Both the position numbers and the translations under genes were made by a program. 64,000 nt of DNA from a phage: the NCBI GenBank assembly GCA_012441205.1, contig GCA_012441205.1_4705.1; one strand, 5' to 3'. The notes beneath the pieces are model-generated. The model saw only the letters and a list, made by a program, of their open reading frames with translations, was not told where the DNA came from and searched no databases. Below, piece by piece: positions 1 through 9,977 of the stretch. Positions within the stretch are counted from its first letter, which is position 1; each line of letters starts with the position of its first letter.

Positions 1-820
1 GAACCGCGGTACAGGAAGGCTGGTTAGGCGACCCTAATACCTCCGTTGTGGGGTTAATTGCCGAAATAACGTTACGGGTTGAGTTCCAAACGCGACGTGA
101 ACCAAACTTACCTTGGAAGATCCCTTTCTTACCCTGGAACATATCCAACAGTAAAGCGTAGATATCGTTGAATGTTCTCTGTAAGCTCCAGCGCTGGCCG
201 TCGTAAACGGGATCGGAATAATCTTTTAATCCATCAGGGACGGTGTTAGAAATTGCAAGGAAACGACGATACAACTCCGTGATTTCTTGCTCGCTTTCAT
301 ACCCACCTTCTTTTACTTCTATTTCACGTAAGCCTGCAGGCAATACCAGTAAGTGACGGGTCATCGCTTTGAACATGTTCTCTTCGACAACTTTAATTCG
401 TAGCTCTCGTTGAGCTGAACCCGTTGAAACGAACTTGATATCCGCGACGTGTTGTGCAAAGAACCCGTATCCTGTTTGTCCTGTTAATGCATCAGACGCA
501 ACGAAGTCGCGTTGTTCGGGATCCCACCGAGCGTACGCCTTCCCCGACATGATATCGCCATAGAGGTGTTTTAATCGAATGAGACGGTCGTAAATGACAG
601 GATGCAGGATTTCAACCTTGCATTCAATCACCGCAAATCGACGGTCTCGATCTTCACTACCCGCACTACCAAAGATGGTGTAAGAATAGAAACCATCATC
701 GTGGAAATTACCGGTGCTTGGGTCACGAATGCTCATGCTCGTGATCTTGGGGAGAAAACGTAACTGCTGTTTATCGAGGTGTAAAATACTAATATTAAAC
801 GGCTCTCTGACTTTAGCCAT
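1..820 (-). CDS. multisubunit RNA polymerase beta-prime-like subunit, N-terminal part (gene continues past window start)
   Basis: ATG at 820-818 preceded by GAGGAG; frame stays open to position 1, so it is absent from the ORF track. Translation contains GKKGIFQGKFGSRRVWNSTRNVIS (cf. beta-prime [23 protein letters not shown]), ELYRRF (cf. DLYRRV) and LVLPAGLRE (cf. LPVLPPDLRP). Confidence 0.6.
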   Translation of the reverse strand, partial: MAKVREPFNISILHLDKQQLRFLPKITSMSIRDPSTGNFHDDGFYSYTIFGSAGSEDRDRRFAVIECKVEILHPVIYDRLIRLKHLYGDIMSGKAYARWDPEQRDFVASDALTGQTGYGFFAQHVADIKFVSTGSAQRELRIKVVEENMFKAMTRHLLVLPAGLREIEVKEGGYESEQEITELYRRFLAISNTVPDGLKDYSDPVYDGQRWSLQRTFNDIYALLLDMFQGKKGIFQGKFGSRRVWNSTRNVISAINPTTEVLGSPNQPSCTAV

Positions 821-1065
821 GGAGACACTCCTCTTTACCACCACCGGCTGCGGCGGTATCATCTGAACACACGAGAGACGTAATGGGTGATGGCGTCACC
901 CATCGCTTCCTTGCTTGAGGCGAGGAAGTTATTAGGTTACGTACCTGCCTGATTTTATCAGGTGGGCGATGTGTGAAGTTACGCTTCAACATTATCAATG
1001 CCGAAGGTAAACTTCGTGCATCACGTTCCAACGTAACATGGGAACGTATCGAACTGGAGGTATAC

Positions 1066-4000
1066 ATGGTAGATAAAACCCGTGTTGAGGGTGATGATAA
1101 TTGGGACAACTGGGATGAAGACTTCTCCCTGGATCTCGATTTTAACGAACCCAAAGACGATCGTAAACCGATAACACGCTTTGCGATAGGAGCGGTTAAA
1201 GGTGCTGCTGAGGATCTTACTTCCTACGAAAGAATGAAGGAGATCGCCAGAAACGCATTGCCTAAGGGCTACAGCGACGGTATGGATCTTATTGATTCCG
1301 CCGTCGGATCCACGAAGGAACTATACAATGAAGCCGTTCGTGACGTTCTTCCTAAGGTCCAAAGCTCAAAACGGTTAGCCGCACAACTGACCAAGAAATA
1401 CCGTGCGAGCATGCCCGATTTCTCGAAGAAAATTCTTGAACAATGGGAGCGAGAAGCCAAGGAAGAAGACGAACGTAAACAAGCTGAAGAAACCCTTCGT
1501 CAACGCATGGCGAGCGCGGGGGACGATGAGATCGCCCGCAAGGTTGCCGAGGCATTAGGCGAATCAGCAAACCAAAGCGCGGATCAGTTCGCTGAACAGC
1601 AAGCGAAAGAGAGTATCCGTGACGATATCGCTGACAAACGGTACGCTGTAACCAACAAACAAATGAGCGCGATGCAAGAAGGCGTCGCCAAGATGGTTGG
1701 TTTCAACAACGAATTCGCTGCACGCTACATGCGTAAAAGCCTGGAACTGAAATATCGTTCCTTAGCGATTCAACGTGCAAGTTTTGATCAGCATAAAAAG
1801 TTAGCCGAAGTCTATATCGGTTTATTACAAAACATCCAGAAGAATACGGCTTTACCTGATGCGGCTAAAGCAAAAATGTCGGAAGAATTCCGCCGTAGCG
1901 CGTACCAACGTTTCTTTGGTAATGCGTTAGATGCGATGAGTTCTTTCGAGAACCGTTTCTTTGCCGATGTTAAGAAGAACCTTGCCACCAACGCATTAGG
2001 CGCTTTAAAAGGTGTCGTGTCCGGCGCAAACGATGCGTTATACGGTTTAAACGAAGCGCGTGACTCGATGTCCATGATGGACGGGATGGGGTCAGAAGGC
2101 GATATTAAGGAAATGCAAGGAAAGATGTTGGGTCAGTTCATTGGCTCAACTGTCGCGCCGTGGATGGCTAATAAAGGCAGGATGGCGTTACGCGATTTAG
2201 CAAAACGTCACCCCAATGCTAAATTCGCTAGCGCATTAAAAGCCGTGGATCAAGGTGGTGAGGCTGCCGCTTACACGACGCGTAATCTCGGTAAACTGCT
2301 CCAGGAAGATATTCGTAAAAACGAATTCAATCTTAGCGATCCGTTTTACAAGCAATTGTTACGCGGTGCAGGGCGTTGGGCGTTCAACATGGACAGCGGA
2401 CGTAACTTCCGCGTGATGAACGACACCGCTGAAACACTGGCGGAGCAAACATCTTTCGACGGTTTAACTTACCGCAGTATCAATGAAGTTATTCCTGGTT
2501 TTCTTGCACGCATTCTGAAAAGCAGTGAAGGTATCCGCACCGGAAACAGCGATCCTGACTACGAGGTCTATGACGGCATCAGCGGACAATTCGTGTCTCA
2601 GCGCACGCGTGAACAAAGCGTCAATGACACGCTGTTTAACAAACGTACATTTGGTTATTACGCCAGCCGTTTCAACGAGGTTATCTCGGTCATCGATCCC
2701 GATAAGCAATTATCGGAAAAAGCCAGAAAGGCGCTGGCCAAGCAGTTGGCGCGAGATAGCGACGCGAACATCGCATTCGACCCGGCTCGTTTTACGGATG
2801 AAAGCAACTTCGATCGTAGTATTGACCGCGACGCTATTAAGGAACTTTCCACGTACTTTCGTGACCGTTACGGTATTCGTGATGATGTCAACGATAAGGG
2901 CGAACGTCATCAGGTCATTGGAAACCGCGGGCAATATTACACGGAACGTAACCGAGCCGATCTTCGTTACGGTCATCTGAAATCTTTACAACCGGATATC
3001 CAGCGTAACCTTAACCTGCTGAAACGTACTGGTGACGTCCAATATCTGGAACGGATTGGGATTGTAACGAGAAATAGCGACGGAAGCTACTCGGTTAATC
3101 ACGATCGGTATTTCTCTGAAATCGATCAATACATCGACCGACCGGAGTACGCTGACCGCGGCGATGTCAATACGCGATTAACCGCTCAGGAAACAAGAGC
3201 GCTGGCGCTGGGTTATCGTGACGCAAAACCATCAGCTGGTGACGTCCAAAATGTCGGCCTGCCGAACATCGGTCGTAAGGCTGCTGGAACAGTAACCGTT
3301 GATGAAAACATCGGCTACGATAAATGGTGGAACGACACAGGTGTTATCACCACATCGCTTGAAGAACAGAATCGAGCGTGGCAAGAGCTTTATCTCGAGG
3401 CGTTGTCCGAAGCATCCGAACAACGTGTTGAAATGCTTGCGCTGCTGAAAGCCATTTCTGAGAAAGACTGGTCTAATAACGTTTCGCTGGATGGTGAAGA
3501 TGTACCTGAAGGTACAGCACCCATTTCATTTATCGATCGTGCCAAACAAAAACTCGGCGGACGCAACCTGTTTAAAGGCGGCCGCAATCTCCTCTGGAAA
3601 GGAATTAAAAATACCGCACGTTTAGGTGTTAAAGGCGCACGCTGGGGTGCAGAACGCACGTTGGGTAGTTTGGTAAATTCTGGCCGACGCATTATCAATT
3701 TCAACCGCTTCGTGTTCGGCGCATTATCCAAGGTTGATCAGGTTCCGTTTGACATTTACGTTAAAGGGGAATCCCAACCACGCATACTGGCTGCCAAACT
3801 TCGTCAGGGGTTATACTTCGACGAAGCGACAGGAAAAGCCGTAAAACGGATGAAGGATATCAAAGGCCCACTCGTTGATGCGGATGGAAACATCGTAATC
3901 AGCAACGAGGATATCGAGAAAGGGTTGGTCACTCGCGCTGGTCGTGCCTTTGAGAATTCAGGACTTAAAGCATGGGCACGTGAAGGTCTTAATGGAATAA

Positions 4001-7000
4001 CGACGGCATTAAGTCTCCCACGGATGTTAAAACGCGGTGCGGTTGAGATCTACAAACAGCTTGACAAAACACCCGACGTTTACGTCAAGGGAGAATCAAC
4101 GCCTCGTCTGTTGTCCATGGTGTTAGCAGCGGGTGGGTATTTCCGTCGCTCGGATGGACAAGTCATCAAAAATCTTGAAGACATCGATGGTGATGTTGTT
4201 GATGCACAAGGTAACGTCGTACTTACGCTTGCCGACATGCAGAAAGGACTTGTCGATAAATACGGTAAAGCGATTCGTCGTTTAAAAGAAAAGCTCATCA
4301 ACTTCGGTGTAAAAGCTTTTACGTTACCGTTAACGTTGCTACGTAAGACAAAGGACATCCTTAAAGCCCTTCCAGGTAAAACCGTTAACGGTCTACGGCG
4401 GATGGGATTAAATTTCCAATCACCCGACGCATTACTGGTGGGAACAACGTCGAGCATGGTAGATCGCCTCGATGCTATTTACCAGCTTCTTGACCAGCGT
4501 ATGCCGGGAGGTGATAAGGATTACCGCGATTGGAATGGCGATGGTGTTCGAGAAGGATCGTTGGAAGACCTGAAACGTAAGCGTGAAGCCAAGGAAAACG
4601 GTAAGGATGACATCGGCAAAGATTCCAATAAAGGAGAAGAAAAGGAGAAGAAACGAGGGTTACTCGGAAGCCTTTTCGATATGCTCGGTGATACCGCAAT
4701 AGGTAAACGTCTCATGGCGAGTCCGCTTGGAAAAATTCTGGGTGGTCTTGGGGCGGTGTTAAGCGGCGGTGCGTCGTTAACTGGGTTGTTGGGCAAAGGT
4801 CTCATTAGAGGAACCGGCGCGCTGGTCAAGGGAGGACTAAGTGCGGCAGGATGGTTAGGACGTGGTGCGTTAATGGCGGGTGGGGCCGCGTTGAACGCCG
4901 TTGGTGGGTTATCGGGATTAGGTGCATTCCTCATCTCACCTGTTGGGCTTGCTATCGCTGGCGGTGCGTTGGCTGCTTATGCTGGATGGAAGATCTATCA
5001 GCATTTCGCCGAGAAGCCTGACCCGATGCAGAAGCTCCGTCTTATTGCATACGGTGCAAAAGGGGATGATAAAGACTTCAATAAGAAGCTGCTTGCGACA
5101 GAAACATACCTCACCGACCATGTGGTCATGACCGGGGATACCATCGGATTCGATCCGAAAGCCGATTCTGAAAAGATTCTCGAAATCTGGGAATTGTCTC
5201 TGGAAGATTCCGACCGAATGAACGAATGGAAACGCTGGTATCTGCATCGTTTTATTCCTGTTTTCGCTCGTGCGTACAAACTCTGGAAAGAGCATATGCC
5301 GGACGAGAAGAAATACATGGAAATGGATAAATATCCGAACGGTGAGAACAAAGTGAAATGGTCGGAAGCGTTTATCTGGCCTTCCGATAGTCCTGATGGT
5401 CCGTATTACGTCGAAGCTAACCCGTTGGGTTCTTCTGGTGCGACGCGTTATATTGCTGGTCAAGACGTCAAAACCTTGATGCTGAAACAGCTCGAAGCCA
5501 TCAAGAAAGAGTACCAGAATCAGATTAAGCAATACACTCATGATGAGGCTATTGCTGATTGGTCACGGATGTCTGACACACAACGTAAATCCGTTGCGCC
5601 TAACGCATTACGTGGTCAGAAAGCGTCATTACGTTTTAACGATAAACGTTACAACAGCGCTGGTGCTAAAGGACGACAGAAACTGGATGCAACCGCGGTT
5701 ATTGAAAGCGTAGACCGTCGTGGTAGAAAATGGGTTGCCGGTGGATACATCGATGAACTCACCAGTCTCCGTGTTCGTGCGTACGGTATTAAGGTTCCGT
5801 TGTTAAGTCAGATAAAAGTGCTGATGGAACTCGAAGACGCTGTAGAACCTGGCGTTGTCGCTGAAGGTAAAGGTGTTAAATACGGTGGCGATCTTGTCGC
5901 GCTCTACAAGAAATTCGCGACGAAGTTCGGAAGAGACGTTAACAGCAAGCATGATCAGGATATCTGGTTTGCTTGGATGAACAACCGTTTCCTGCCCGTC
6001 TTTTTAACCTATTACCAACAAGTTAGCGACATGGGCGGTCAAGGACTTCTGTCCGACGTGGTACAGAACCTGAAAGACAGCCAACGTTGGGAAATCGGTG
6101 AAGAACTTGTCGCAGCGCAATACCGTGATGAGAAAGGTACACTGCAGCCCGTATGGTCGTGGAACAGTTGTGGTTTCTCCGGTACTGAAGCTAACACCAC
6201 CAGCAGTTCAACAAAGAGTCAGCTCGATCTGTTAAAAGAATATGCGGATAAAGAGAAGGTTCGTGAGAAGAACGCGGAAGCATCGCAAGAGGATACCGAT
6301 AAATTATCGAAGATCCAAGAGCTGATGATGAAGCAGGCTGGGTACGAGAAGAAAGACGGTGTCTGGCAGAAGAAATCTCGCATTACCGGCGGGATGAGTA
6401 ACTCCGAAGCGAATTACAACCCCAATGGGAATAAGGTCGGTGCAAGCAGCTTTACTGCTTCAGCTACTTCCAGTGCGGGATTGGGGTCAACCGGCGATCT
6501 TACCGGATTGCCTAACATGGGCTTACAGAAACCTGCAACGGGGCCAGGTCCCGAAGCTGGACGTCGTGCGCTTGTTAAATCCGCTGTGAAACGCGGTATT
6601 ACCGATCCAATGGAAATGGCGATGTTCCTTGCAAACATCGAACATGAATCGGGGAACTACACTCACGTACGTGAGGGGAACTATAAGACACCAGAGCATC
6701 TTAAACAGGTCTTCCCTTACAAATTCCGTGACGTGCAGGATGCAGCGCAGACGATTAGCATGGGGCCGGAAGCGGTGTTCGAACGCGTGTACGGTAATCG
6801 TAAAGACTTAGGGAACACGCAGAAAGGAGACGGGGCGAAGTATTTAGGACGTGGCTTCATTCAGGTTACCGGTAAAGCTAACTACGCTCGTCTGTCCAAG
6901 ACCTTGAATAAAGATCTTGTCAGCGATCCATCATACCTGGAAACGCCGGAAGGTGCGGCGGAAGGTAGTGTCGCGTGGTGGCTCAACCGAGGCAATGTGT

Positions 7001-7731
7001 TACGCGATCCTGCGAAACGGGGTGATGTGCGCCAAGTTCGTTATCTGGTTAACGGTGGCTATAATGGATTACGTGACGTTGAACAGCGCTCTGCTTATTG
7101 GATTCAGGCGGCTAAGAATGGCACCCTGAAGAAAATGATGGATGAGTTATCGGGATCAACATCAGGCGATCAAGCTGAAGGACCGACTACCGCCGAGCAG
7201 GTGAAGAATGAAGCAGCCCAAGAGGCAAACGGAACGCCAACTGTAAGCAACGATCCGCAAGCCCCAGCACCTTCAACCACCCCTGAAGCTAAACCGTCTG
7301 CGGCTGCCGGTACGGCTCCAGCACCCGGAGAAGCATCACCAGCGCCTGGAAGTTTCGAAACAGCGAAAGCTGCGGCAGGACAACCGACATCAACGCCAGC
7401 ACTTAGCGATTTGCCGTCAAACCCTGGCGCAAATCGAGGGATATCGGTTCCGAATACGCCTGCACAGGTCGCGCAGTCTGCGACACAAACATCGGCCGCG
7501 AGTGAGAACTTCTACGGTAGCGCAGGTGAAATTCTCCGACAGCAGCTGACCACGCAGCAGAACATCGAGAAGAACACCGGTAGAACGAATGAACTTATTT
7601 CGGAATTAATCCAAGCCGTTAAGGGTTCTTCTATCGGTAAGGGTTCTGCAAGTCCTTCTCAACAACAGGCGATGTCGCTACCTAATCGTCCGCAAGGAAT
7701 CTCTCCAACACGGACAAGGTACGCGCAGTAG
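1066..7731 (+). CDS. giant virion-associated protein (~2220 aa) with Gly-rich hydrophobic segment and C-terminal GH19-like peptidoglycan hydrolase domain
   Basis: Single uninterrupted ORF (track 973..7731, GTG); preferred start ATG 1066 with GGAGG 5 nt upstream. Architecture resembles tape-measure or ejected cell-wall-degrading proteins of large phages. Confidence 0.8.
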   Translation: MVDKTRVEGDDNWDNWDEDFSLDLDFNEPKDDRKPITRFAIGAVKGAAEDLTSYERMKEIARNALPKGYSDGMDLIDSAVGSTKELYNEAVRDVLPKVQSSKRLAAQLTKKYRASMPDFSKKILEQWEREAKEEDERKQAEETLRQRMASAGDDEIARKVAEALGESANQSADQFAEQQAKESIRDDIADKRYAVTNKQMSAMQEGVAKMVGFNNEFAARYMRKSLELKYRSLAIQRASFDQHKKLAEVYIGLLQNIQKNTALPDAAKAKMSEEFRRSAYQRFFGNALDAMSSFENRFFADVKKNLATNALGALKGVVSGANDALYGLNEARDSMSMMDGMGSEGDIKEMQGKMLGQFIGSTVAPWMANKGRMALRDLAKRHPNAKFASALKAVDQGGEAAAYTTRNLGKLLQEDIRKNEFNLSDPFYKQLLRGAGRWAFNMDSGRNFRVMNDTAETLAEQTSFDGLTYRSINEVIPGFLARILKSSEGIRTGNSDPDYEVYDGISGQFVSQRTREQSVNDTLFNKRTFGYYASRFNEVISVIDPDKQLSEKARKALAKQLARDSDANIAFDPARFTDESNFDRSIDRDAIKELSTYFRDRYGIRDDVNDKGERHQVIGNRGQYYTERNRADLRYGHLKSLQPDIQRNLNLLKRTGDVQYLERIGIVTRNSDGSYSVNHDRYFSEIDQYIDRPEYADRGDVNTRLTAQETRALALGYRDAKPSAGDVQNVGLPNIGRKAAGTVTVDENIGYDKWWNDTGVITTSLEEQNRAWQELYLEALSEASEQRVEMLALLKAISEKDWSNNVSLDGEDVPEGTAPISFIDRAKQKLGGRNLFKGGRNLLWKGIKNTARLGVKGARWGAERTLGSLVNSGRRIINFNRFVFGALSKVDQVPFDIYVKGESQPRILAAKLRQGLYFDEATGKAVKRMKDIKGPLVDADGNIVISNEDIEKGLVTRAGRAFENSGLKAWAREGLNGITTALSLPRMLKRGAVEIYKQLDKTPDVYVKGESTPRLLSMVLAAGGYFRRSDGQVIKNLEDIDGDVVDAQGNVVLTLADMQKGLVDKYGKAIRRLKEKLINFGVKAFTLPLTLLRKTKDILKALPGKTVNGLRRMGLNFQSPDALLVGTTSSMVDRLDAIYQLLDQRMPGGDKDYRDWNGDGVREGSLEDLKRKREAKENGKDDIGKDSNKGEEKEKKRGLLGSLFDMLGDTAIGKRLMASPLGKILGGLGAVLSGGASLTGLLGKGLIRGTGALVKGGLSAAGWLGRGALMAGGAALNAVGGLSGLGAFLISPVGLAIAGGALAAYAGWKIYQHFAEKPDPMQKLRLIAYGAKGDDKDFNKKLLATETYLTDHVVMTGDTIGFDPKADSEKILEIWELSLEDSDRMNEWKRWYLHRFIPVFARAYKLWKEHMPDEKKYMEMDKYPNGENKVKWSEAFIWPSDSPDGPYYVEANPLGSSGATRYIAGQDVKTLMLKQLEAIKKEYQNQIKQYTHDEAIADWSRMSDTQRKSVAPNALRGQKASLRFNDKRYNSAGAKGRQKLDATAVIESVDRRGRKWVAGGYIDELTSLRVRAYGIKVPLLSQIKVLMELEDAVEPGVVAEGKGVKYGGDLVALYKKFATKFGRDVNSKHDQDIWFAWMNNRFLPVFLTYYQQVSDMGGQGLLSDVVQNLKDSQRWEIGEELVAAQYRDEKGTLQPVWSWNSCGFSGTEANTTSSSTKSQLDLLKEYADKEKVREKNAEASQEDTDKLSKIQELMMKQAGYEKKDGVWQKKSRITGGMSNSEANYNPNGNKVGASSFTASATSSAGLGSTGDLTGLPNMGLQKPATGPGPEAGRRALVKSAVKRGITDPMEMAMFLANIEHESGNYTHVREGNYKTPEHLKQVFPYKFRDVQDAAQTISMGPEAVFERVYGNRKDLGNTQKGDGAKYLGRGFIQVTGKANYARLSKTLNKDLVSDPSYLETPEGAAEGSVAWWLNRGNVLRDPAKRGDVRQVRYLVNGGYNGLRDVEQRSAYWIQAAKNGTLKKMMDELSGSTSGDQAEGPTTAEQVKNEAAQEANGTPTVSNDPQAPAPSTTPEAKPSAAAGTAPAPGEASPAPGSFETAKAAAGQPTSTPALSDLPSNPGANRGISVPNTPAQVAQSATQTSAASENFYGSAGEILRQQLTTQQNIEKNTGRTNELISELIQAVKGSSIGKGSASPSQQQAMSLPNRPQGISPTRTRYAQ
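4680..4990 (+). other. Gly/Ala/Leu-rich hydrophobic segment (GxxxG-like repeats) inside giant protein; probable membrane-inserting region
   Basis: Translation GLLGSLFDMLGDTAIGKRLMASPLGKILGGLGAVLSGGASLTGLLGKGLIRGTGALVKGGLSAAGWLGRGALMAGGAALNAVGGLSGLGAFLISPVGLAIAGGALAAYAGW. Confidence 0.5.
6560..7130 (+). other. GH19-like (chitinase/lysozyme family) catalytic domain within giant protein
   Basis: Motifs FLANIEHESGNY, YLGRGFIQVTGKANY, GSVAWWLNRG and YLVNGGYNGLRDVEQRSAYW match GH19 signatures (HET/HES catalytic region, GRGPIQLSWNYNY, AIWFWM). Confidence 0.65.
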
Positions 7732-7742
7732 TCATTAGTTAA

Positions 7743-7770
7743 GGGCGGGAATCTCCCGCCCTCTTCTTGA
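7743..7770 (+). terminator. putative intrinsic terminator after giant gene
   Basis: Stem GGGCGGGA / TCCCGCCC with short loop, followed by TCTTCTT. Confidence 0.4.
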
Positions 7771-7780
7771 GGAATGTTAC

Positions 7781-9922
7781 ATGGGTATTCTTGTTCAAAA
7801 CGCCCTAATCACCAAACAGGCGTTTTTATTACCGGGCGATAGCAGCACGCTTAGTGCTGACATGATTAAAGCGAGACATACACCGTATTCCTACGATAAC
7901 GTCGATGATACCACCTTAGGCGGGAACTGGGTGCTTAACCCACCACCGCAATATACCAAATTTGCCGACATCAAGGAACGCCGACGTGCGGTTATGCCTG
8001 GATCAACGGGCATGGGCCGAGGCTATAGTGAAAGCATTAACAGCTTTAAAGAGGTCGTTACGTTACGATTCGGTAAACCTCGCTTTACAGGCGCAAGTAT
8101 CTTCTTTACTGATTTCTACGATGCCGATGTTGCCGTAACGGTTAAAACCGGTCGCGATCCCGGTATTCTTTATTACGCAGCCAAAGCGTATACCACCGTT
8201 CTTTCTTACCTCACACCTCTACCCTACTTGTATATGGTTGGACGTATCGGTCGATATTTCCTGGGTAAGCCTACCAGTCAATATTACTATCAAGTACCAA
8301 CCATGCACGTGTATTGGGCGTCTTTCCAAACGCTGGTAAACCAAACAGCGATAAACATGGGTCTTATCGCCGGTGCCGGTAAAGATAAAGGCTATGTGGA
8401 AGAAGGGGGTACCGTACTCCACCAATATTCAATCGGTGGTCAGAACGTTGAAGAATTCATCAACTACGCCTCTAAGACGCTACCGGGGATTTATAAGAAA
8501 GGTGGTGGGATCGATATCTACCAGATCGCAACACGACGTCAGCGCATACAGAACGCATGGGTACGTCGTATTCAATCCATGATGGAAAACGATTACTCGT
8601 CTTACGAGGAGTTCTGGAACGATCTTGATAAACGACTTGATAGCGGAGCATTTCCATCGGATGTAACCGGCCGTACGTTAACGCAGTATCTCGCCGACAC
8701 GCAGAAGTCTGCTGTTTACAGTGCGACAGCTGGTGATAATAAACAAACGATGGACGACCTTTTATTTGGAAGAGCCTCGTACACCAATAAAGATGCCGAT
8801 GCTAACTTCAATGTCTCAGCGGCTACCTCCGACGGCGGTACGTCAACACAGAGTCAGGGTACAACAGCCAATGTCGGTAATTCGACGTCAGGGACAACGC
8901 AGGCTTCAACAACAGCATCAACGGCTGGAGGCGCGAACGTACAGAGCAAAGGAATCGGTCAAACGAACGCAGCCGAAGAAGCTACGTTTCTTGATCTGAT
9001 GGATGCTGAACTGGCCGATGGTGCTCAGTTTATCAGTTTTCGAGTCGACTCTGTCACCAGTGTAACCGAAACGTTTTCAAACAGCGCTTCAGAAAGTTCA
9101 ATCGCACAGACGATGAATAGCCGTGCACAAGCGAACATCGAACGTCGTTTCACCCTCTCCGGTGGTAATACAGGTTGGGCTGTACTAGACGAAGCCATCA
9201 AAGCCGGTTCCGATCTCGTTAATGGTGCTATTTCCGGGATGGGCCTGGATGGTATTTTTGGTGCCTTCATGGGTTCCGGCTTCGCCGACATTCCGAAATT
9301 CTATTCCGGATCATCGGTAAGTCTTCCGCGTGCAGATCTGACGATGGAATTGCGTTCCTGGAGCGGGGACCGCTGGTCGATCTTTACGAACCTCATGGTA
9401 CCTCTTTTAGCGATCCTTGCAGGTGGTTTACCTCAGGCTACCGGTAAATCGTCCTACGGGATGCCGTTCATGTGTGAGTGTTATATTCCAGGTAAAGTCC
9501 AGATTAAAATGGGCCTTATCGATAATATCACTGTGACGCGCCATGTTGGAAACGTACCATCAACACGCGAGCGATTACCGTTGGGGATCGACGTCAGCTT
9601 CAGCGTTTATGACCTGTCGTCTATCGTCGCCATGCCGATCACAACGACGGCCGCATCGATCGCAAAATTGGATCCTCGTGGCTTCTTAAGCGATCTTCTT
9701 GCTGACGATACGCCGCTCAACAACTATCTTGCTGTATTATCAGCATTGACACTTACGGAACAAGTTTACATGATTCCGGATTTAAGTCGTCGCATGCATA
9801 AAACCATGGCTGATATCGATAGTTTCTGGAGCAAAGGTAATTTTGCTAGCTGGTTGTCTGACACCATGCCTGGCAGGATAGCATCAGGGCTGTTATGGAA
9901 ACGTACAGAACGGCCGTTCTGA
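7781..9922 (+). CDS. hypothetical protein (713 aa), Ser/Thr/Gly-rich central region; possible virion protein
   Basis: Long ORF, ATG with GAGG upstream, immediately downstream of giant virion gene on same strand. Confidence 0.7.
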   Translation: MGILVQNALITKQAFLLPGDSSTLSADMIKARHTPYSYDNVDDTTLGGNWVLNPPPQYTKFADIKERRRAVMPGSTGMGRGYSESINSFKEVVTLRFGKPRFTGASIFFTDFYDADVAVTVKTGRDPGILYYAAKAYTTVLSYLTPLPYLYMVGRIGRYFLGKPTSQYYYQVPTMHVYWASFQTLVNQTAINMGLIAGAGKDKGYVEEGGTVLHQYSIGGQNVEEFINYASKTLPGIYKKGGGIDIYQIATRRQRIQNAWVRRIQSMMENDYSSYEEFWNDLDKRLDSGAFPSDVTGRTLTQYLADTQKSAVYSATAGDNKQTMDDLLFGRASYTNKDADANFNVSAATSDGGTSTQSQGTTANVGNSTSGTTQASTTASTAGGANVQSKGIGQTNAAEEATFLDLMDAELADGAQFISFRVDSVTSVTETFSNSASESSIAQTMNSRAQANIERRFTLSGGNTGWAVLDEAIKAGSDLVNGAISGMGLDGIFGAFMGSGFADIPKFYSGSSVSLPRADLTMELRSWSGDRWSIFTNLMVPLLAILAGGLPQATGKSSYGMPFMCECYIPGKVQIKMGLIDNITVTRHVGNVPSTRERLPLGIDVSFSVYDLSSIVAMPITTTAASIAKLDPRGFLSDLLADDTPLNNYLAVLSALTLTEQVYMIPDLSRRMHKTMADIDSFWSKGNFASWLSDTMPGRIASGLLWKRTERPF

Positions 9923-9931
9923 TATTCACTG

Positions 9932-9977
9932 CATAAACCCCCTCTCCCTTCCCTGCTGGGTTGGGAGAGGGATTATG
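9932..9977. repeat. GGAGG-stem palindromic hairpin element (family copy) at convergent gene junction
   Basis: CATAAA-CCCCCTCTCCC-ttCCCtgctGGGtt-GGGAGAGGG-ATTATG; lies between the stop of the + gene (9922) and the stop of the - gene (9978). Confidence 0.6.

Noticed and set aside
813-1154. ORF-track entry 813..1154 (-), 113 aa
   Set aside because: It spans the start region of the beta-prime-like gene (ATG 820) and the 5' end of the giant gene in a different frame, has no RBS, and its product is low-complexity; treated as spurious.
4521-5541. Antisense ORFs inside the giant gene (4521..4934, 4936..5541, 4998..5351 and similar)
   Set aside because: Fully embedded antisense to a 2200-aa ORF with strong coding continuity; Pro/Arg-rich products typical of reverse-frame artefacts.
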